This document shows, in pieces, positions 60,347 to 64,000 of a stretch of DNA of 64,000 bases. The DNA is from a virus: IMG/VR virus record IMGVR_UViG_3300008448_000009, positions 1-64,000 of that record; one strand, 5' to 3'. Each line of letters starts with the position of its first letter. Position 1 is the first letter of the stretch. Under the pieces are notes generated by a model that had not been told where the DNA came from, made no database searches, and saw nothing but the letters and a program-made list of their open reading frames with translations. The position numbers and the translations under genes are program-made.

Positions 60347-60373
60347 TAAATAATTAATCGAGTTAACGTATAT

Positions 60374-60400
60374 AAAAAAAGGGCCATATGGCCCTTTTTT
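60374..60400. terminator. Bidirectional intrinsic terminator
   Basis: A7-GGGCCATATGGCCC-T6 palindrome between convergent genes. Confidence 0.88.
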
Positions 60401-61043
60401 ATTGTATTGTTAAATCCATTTTATTTAACTTGAACATATCGTTCAAATCTTTTAATGTGGTTGGTGTAATTAATCCGTTTATATTAGAACCAATCCAACA
60501 TTGTGTAGTACCGTTGATAAATAATACCTTAAAAAATGCTGATGGAATTGGAATTCTAGATTTACCCATATACTTTTTATTCTTAGGGTCATATATGACA
60601 CCAGTGATAATAACAACATCTTGTTTTGACTCAGCAATTATATCTTCAACATCACCTTCCATTTGGGCCCATTTACCTCTATTGAAACCAGCCAATTGTG
60701 GCGCTGCGTTGAACAAGCTAAAAGATTTATGGTTCAAATTATTATCATAAGATGTGATATGTGACGGTGTCAAATGACCAATATCATAACCAGTTTTTAA
60801 ATACGCGTCTTTATAGTATTTACCTTTGTACGTATCTTGAAACCAACGGTTGTCTCGCTCTTTATCTAGCTTTAGAAAGCTTGAATATTTTAAAACATGT
60901 TTGGATACCAAAGCGCAAGTATCTTTAGTTAAATACAACGTAATGTCTCCGTGGTTTATGATTAGTTTGTTGTCTGTTTTTACGGTCTGTGAAAACATGG
61001 TCATTGTCATGAACAATGTTATAAGTAAAAATATTTTCTTCAT
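60399..61043 (-). CDS. DNA/RNA non-specific endonuclease (Serratia/EndoG His-Me finger) with a signal peptide
   Basis: GYDIGHLTP, NAAPQLAGFNRGKW, ITG and IPIPSAFFKV motifs. N-terminus MKKIFLLITLFMTMTMFS resembles a Sec signal peptide. Confidence 0.85.
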   Translation of the reverse strand: MKKIFLLITLFMTMTMFSQTVKTDNKLIINHGDITLYLTKDTCALVSKHVLKYSSFLKLDKERDNRWFQDTYKGKYYKDAYLKTGYDIGHLTPSHITSYDNNLNHKSFSLFNAAPQLAGFNRGKWAQMEGDVEDIIAESKQDVVIITGVIYDPKNKKYMGKSRIPIPSAFFKVLFINGTTQCWIGSNINGLITPTTLKDLNDMFKLNKMDLTIQ

Positions 61044-61065
61044 ATCTATAAATATCCTATAAAAC

Positions 61066-61096
61066 AAAAAAGGCCACCGTAATGGTAGCCTTTTTT
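61066..61096 (-). terminator. Intrinsic terminator downstream of the major capsid gene
   Basis: A6-GGCCACCGTAATGGTAGCC-T6. Confidence 0.8.
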
Positions 61097-61114
61097 ATGT
61101 TATATAAGATAAGA

Positions 61115-62989
61115 TTATCTTAATTCGTTGATGTTAAATGTTTGAACACCGTCAACTCTTAAGTGACCATAGAAACGGTTGTTTACGACTTTTTTCGCGT
61201 AACGAGTCATAATACCTTTCACTGGAGCGAAGTTGAATGGGTTATACATTGTAGGTGTCAATTGTAATGGCACGTATGGAGCATAGATGTATCCAGTGTC
61301 TAACAATGATTTACCTTTGTGACCAATGATGATAGAGTAAGATGGTGCATAAGGGTCACGGTACACTTGGTAACGTCCACTTAAAGAACCGATTCTTTCA
61401 ATACCCATGTTGTATTGGTCTTGCTCTGGGTTAGCGTCACTTACGTGGAAGTATTCTAAGTCATCAAAGATAGCTGAGATTTCTGAAGATACTACGATAA
61501 AGTTAGCACCACCTCTAAGAGTTGATTTATGGATTTGAGCAGAGATTTGGTTTAATTTAGTAATTAAAGTTTGGTTCCACTCTTTTTGTGTGTATGGTGC
61601 AGCAGCATTACCTGTAGCTTTTCTCCATCCGTTGTAGTCCCAACGTAATTGCCATGCAGCAGCTTTACGTAAGTCTCTAAGGATTTCACGGTCGATTTCA
61701 GCAGCAACTTGCTCAGAAAGCATTGCAGTTAATTCAGCTTCAGCGTCGATGTTGTGGAATGCACTAACGTCTTGCGCTAATTCTGGAGACCATGTAGCTC
61801 TTAATTTTCTTTCTTCAACTGATACTACAACTTCATCTAATCTGAAAGATACTTCTCCCATTTCAGTTTCAAGTTCTAATGTAGCGTATTCAGCCCAAGT
61901 TACTACTAAACCAGCAGTAGTTGTGATAGCAGATACAGTAGTAGCAGAAGCACCTACATAACCATCGTATGTTGCAGTACCTACAGCAGCAGCACCTGTA
62001 CCAGCAGTTGAACCAGCTGGGTGAGTCAAGTCTAACTCAATGTACATAACACCGTTTGGTGTAGTTAAGATTGGGTAACCACTAGCGTTTACGTTTTTAG
62101 TTTGAACAATACCAGTTCCATATTTTTGAGTTACAATACGGAAAGGAACTTCACCACCAGCAGCAACAACTTGGTTACCATCACGGTCTAAAATAGCGTT
62201 AGTAGAAACAACTTTCAACGAAGCCAAGAATGACTCAGTATCCATGTTGTTACCATCAGGACCAGTTAATACTTCTCTACCAGCAGCAGAACCAGCACCA
62301 CCTGTGAAACCTGAAATAGATAAAATAGCGTTTCTCACAGAACCATCAGCAGCAGTTGGGAATGAGGTACTTGGAGGTGGAACACTAAATACACCATTAG
62401 AGTTTAATGTTTGAGCGTTAGCGTTAGTAATGTTGTAAGTTACGATAGTAAGAGTACCTTTTGATTGGTCGAATAAACCATCGTTGTAGAAAATATCATA
62501 CAAGTTTTTAGCCATCCAAGGAGTTACTGTACATGTAGCATCAGCACCTTTAACACATGATGGAATACCATCATACCCCATTGAAGTGTGAGCTGAGAAA
62601 GTAGGTCCATCACCGTTATAGTAATCACCACCAACACCAGCAGCGTTTACACGCTCTGAAGTCAAAGGCACAAAGAAGAACAATTTACCGATTGGCATGT
62701 TCATAGCTTGTACTGATACAACGTCATTAGCTAATAATTTTGAGAAAACTCTACGTACAATTGGGAATACTACAGTTTCAAAAGAACCTGAGCTACCAGC
62801 AGTAGTTGATTCAGTCAATAATGAAGACGCTTGGTTTTCATATAATTGAGCGATGTTTTCTTTAACGTGGCCTCTAAGACCATCTAGGAATCCTAATGAA
62901 TCCCATTTTTGTTGAGTCTCTAAACGGATAGCCTTCATGTGGTTTAATCCGATGTTACCAACTTGTCCAGATGTTAATAAATGTGACAT
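61115..62989 (-). CDS. Major capsid protein (T4 gp23-like)
   Basis: VSVQAMNMPIG, RKLRATWSPELAQD, IDAEAEL...EIDREIL and YAPYVPL...GIMTRYA motifs. Confidence 0.95.
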   Translation of the reverse strand: MSHLLTSGQVGNIGLNHMKAIRLETQQKWDSLGFLDGLRGHVKENIAQLYENQASSLLTESTTAGSSGSFETVVFPIVRRVFSKLLANDVVSVQAMNMPIGKLFFFVPLTSERVNAAGVGGDYYNGDGPTFSAHTSMGYDGIPSCVKGADATCTVTPWMAKNLYDIFYNDGLFDQSKGTLTIVTYNITNANAQTLNSNGVFSVPPPSTSFPTAADGSVRNAILSISGFTGGAGSAAGREVLTGPDGNNMDTESFLASLKVVSTNAILDRDGNQVVAAGGEVPFRIVTQKYGTGIVQTKNVNASGYPILTTPNGVMYIELDLTHPAGSTAGTGAAAVGTATYDGYVGASATTVSAITTTAGLVVTWAEYATLELETEMGEVSFRLDEVVVSVEERKLRATWSPELAQDVSAFHNIDAEAELTAMLSEQVAAEIDREILRDLRKAAAWQLRWDYNGWRKATGNAAAPYTQKEWNQTLITKLNQISAQIHKSTLRGGANFIVVSSEISAIFDDLEYFHVSDANPEQDQYNMGIERIGSLSGRYQVYRDPYAPSYSIIIGHKGKSLLDTGYIYAPYVPLQLTPTMYNPFNFAPVKGIMTRYAKKVVNNRFYGHLRVDGVQTFNINELR

Positions 62990-63022
62990 AATTTGTTTTT
63001 TTATTTTTTTATTGGGTTATTG

Positions 63023-64000
63023 TTATCTTTTTTCAACTCTGTGAATTAAATCCATAATTCTTTTAGTTGAAGGGTCAACATACGCAGTGCTTTCGTTTAA
63101 TTGTTTTGAAGTACTAGTAGTTGCCTCTTTTATAATTTTGTTTTCTACTGATTCTGAAATTGGTTTTCTTGATTCCAATTCATTAGCAATAGTTTTGTAA
63201 AGTCTTTTTGACTCTTTAAGGTTTGTTACCTCTTCATCAAATCTTTTGATTATAGTTTGTTTCTCACCTTTTGTTGTAGAATGTTCCATGAACAATCTTG
63301 TTACATAAGTCAAATTGCTGTTGAACACTACAGTCTCTACTAACTTAGTTCTAAATTCTTTAAGAGCTACTCTGAATTCTTCATTTTCACCTTTAAGTTT
63401 AGTTGCTTCAGTTAATAAACTGTTATATTTTTTAGCGGTTTCAGAAACTATCTGTTTTGCTTTGTTTACTGTTTCATCGATTTTTTCACCGTCTACAGAT
63501 TTTTTACCGTATCCTAAGTGAGAAGCACCGTGTCTTCTTTGACCTTGATGACCAGCACGACCATTAACGTTACCGATGGTTTCATCCAATTCTTCCTCTT
63601 CTTCGTCCAATTCTTCCACTTCGTTCAAATCTTCCTCTTCGTCCAATTCTTCCTCTTCGTTTAAATTTTCTTCTTCATCAGATTCCTCTTCAGATTCTTC
63701 ACCTTCTTCGTCTTCTTCTTCACCTTCTTCGTCATCACCTTCTTCGTCATCTAATTCGATTTCGTAGTCCATGTCTTCACCTTCTTCGTCTTCTTCTTCA
63801 CCACCCATTTCAGCTGGTTCTAAATCTAACTCTTCATCGTCACCCATTTCTGGTTCTGAAGATGGAGCTTGACCGTCAAGTTTAACAACATATTCTCCTG
63901 GTTCTGTAATGTTTAAGTGAAGTTCATCACCTACAATTTCAATTTCGTCTTCGCCACTTAATTTTTTGTAAATTGCGATTACTTCATCGTCTGGTGCTCC
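63023..64000 (-). CDS. Prohead scaffold/core protein (gp22-like), partial
   Basis: Immediately upstream of the capsid gene, very acidic and coiled-coil. The frame stays open to 64000 (GAPDDEVIAIYKKL...). Confidence 0.7.
   Translation of the reverse strand, partial: GAPDDEVIAIYKKLSGEDEIEIVGDELHLNITEPGEYVVKLDGQAPSSEPEMGDDEELDLEPAEMGGEEEDEEGEDMDYEIELDDEEGDDEEGEEEDEEGEESEEESDEEENLNEEEELDEEEDLNEVEELDEEEEELDETIGNVNGRAGHQGQRRHGASHLGYGKKSVDGEKIDETVNKAKQIVSETAKKYNSLLTEATKLKGENEEFRVALKEFRTKLVETVVFNSNLTYVTRLFMEHSTTKGEKQTIIKRFDEEVTNLKESKRLYKTIANELESRKPISESVENKIIKEATTSTSKQLNESTAYVDPSTKRIMDLIHRVEKR

Noticed and set aside
59260-60372. IS element or retron defined by the 13-bp inverted repeats
   Set aside because: The enclosed protein shows no transposase or reverse-transcriptase motifs, and no target-site duplication is evident.
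997-63767. Numerous short antisense or alternative-frame ORFs in the supplied track (e.g. 1653, 8176, 17506, 18436, 49280, 55195, 60388, 63576)
   Set aside because: They lie within longer, well-supported genes and are shadows of biased codon usage or repeats.
1-64000. Stop-codon reassignment, as seen in some large Bacteroidota phages
   Set aside because: Conserved genes are full length in the standard code and coding density is high.

Overview
An AT-rich, densely coding segment of a large T4-like (myovirus or jumbo-type) tailed phage read in the standard code. The host is probably Bacteroidota, inferred from TAnnTTTG-type promoters and A-rich start contexts without obvious Shine-Dalgarno sites. 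From left to right: (i) tail fibre/adhesin genes and neck/tail-terminator genes, interleaved with an SNF2-type helicase, a glutaredoxin and a family B DNA polymerase; (ii) about 14.5 kb of further fibre, adhesin and lectin-like genes; (iii) small late-promoter genes, including a WYL-like protein; (iv) an ~19 kb glycan-biosynthesis island with about 12 glycosyltransferase-like genes, GT10 and GT11 fucosyltransferases, gmd, fcl and three FkbM methyltransferases, plus dUTPase, PhoH and degenerate HD and HAD proteins; (v) a gp55-like sigma factor, baseplate/spike genes, a ParB-like protein, a zinc-ribbon gene with a structured leader, a signal-peptide nuclease, the gp23-like major capsid protein and a partial scaffold. 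Main candidate novelties: a phage-encoded virion glycosylation system with a putative [S/T]-[G/A]-x-T acceptor motif that is abundant in structural proteins and nearly absent from the replication enzymes checked; and a transcription unit whose predicted 5' and 3' ends are perfectly complementary over 13 bp and whose leader can fold into a three-way junction. All family assignments come from motif recognition by eye, and counts are manual.
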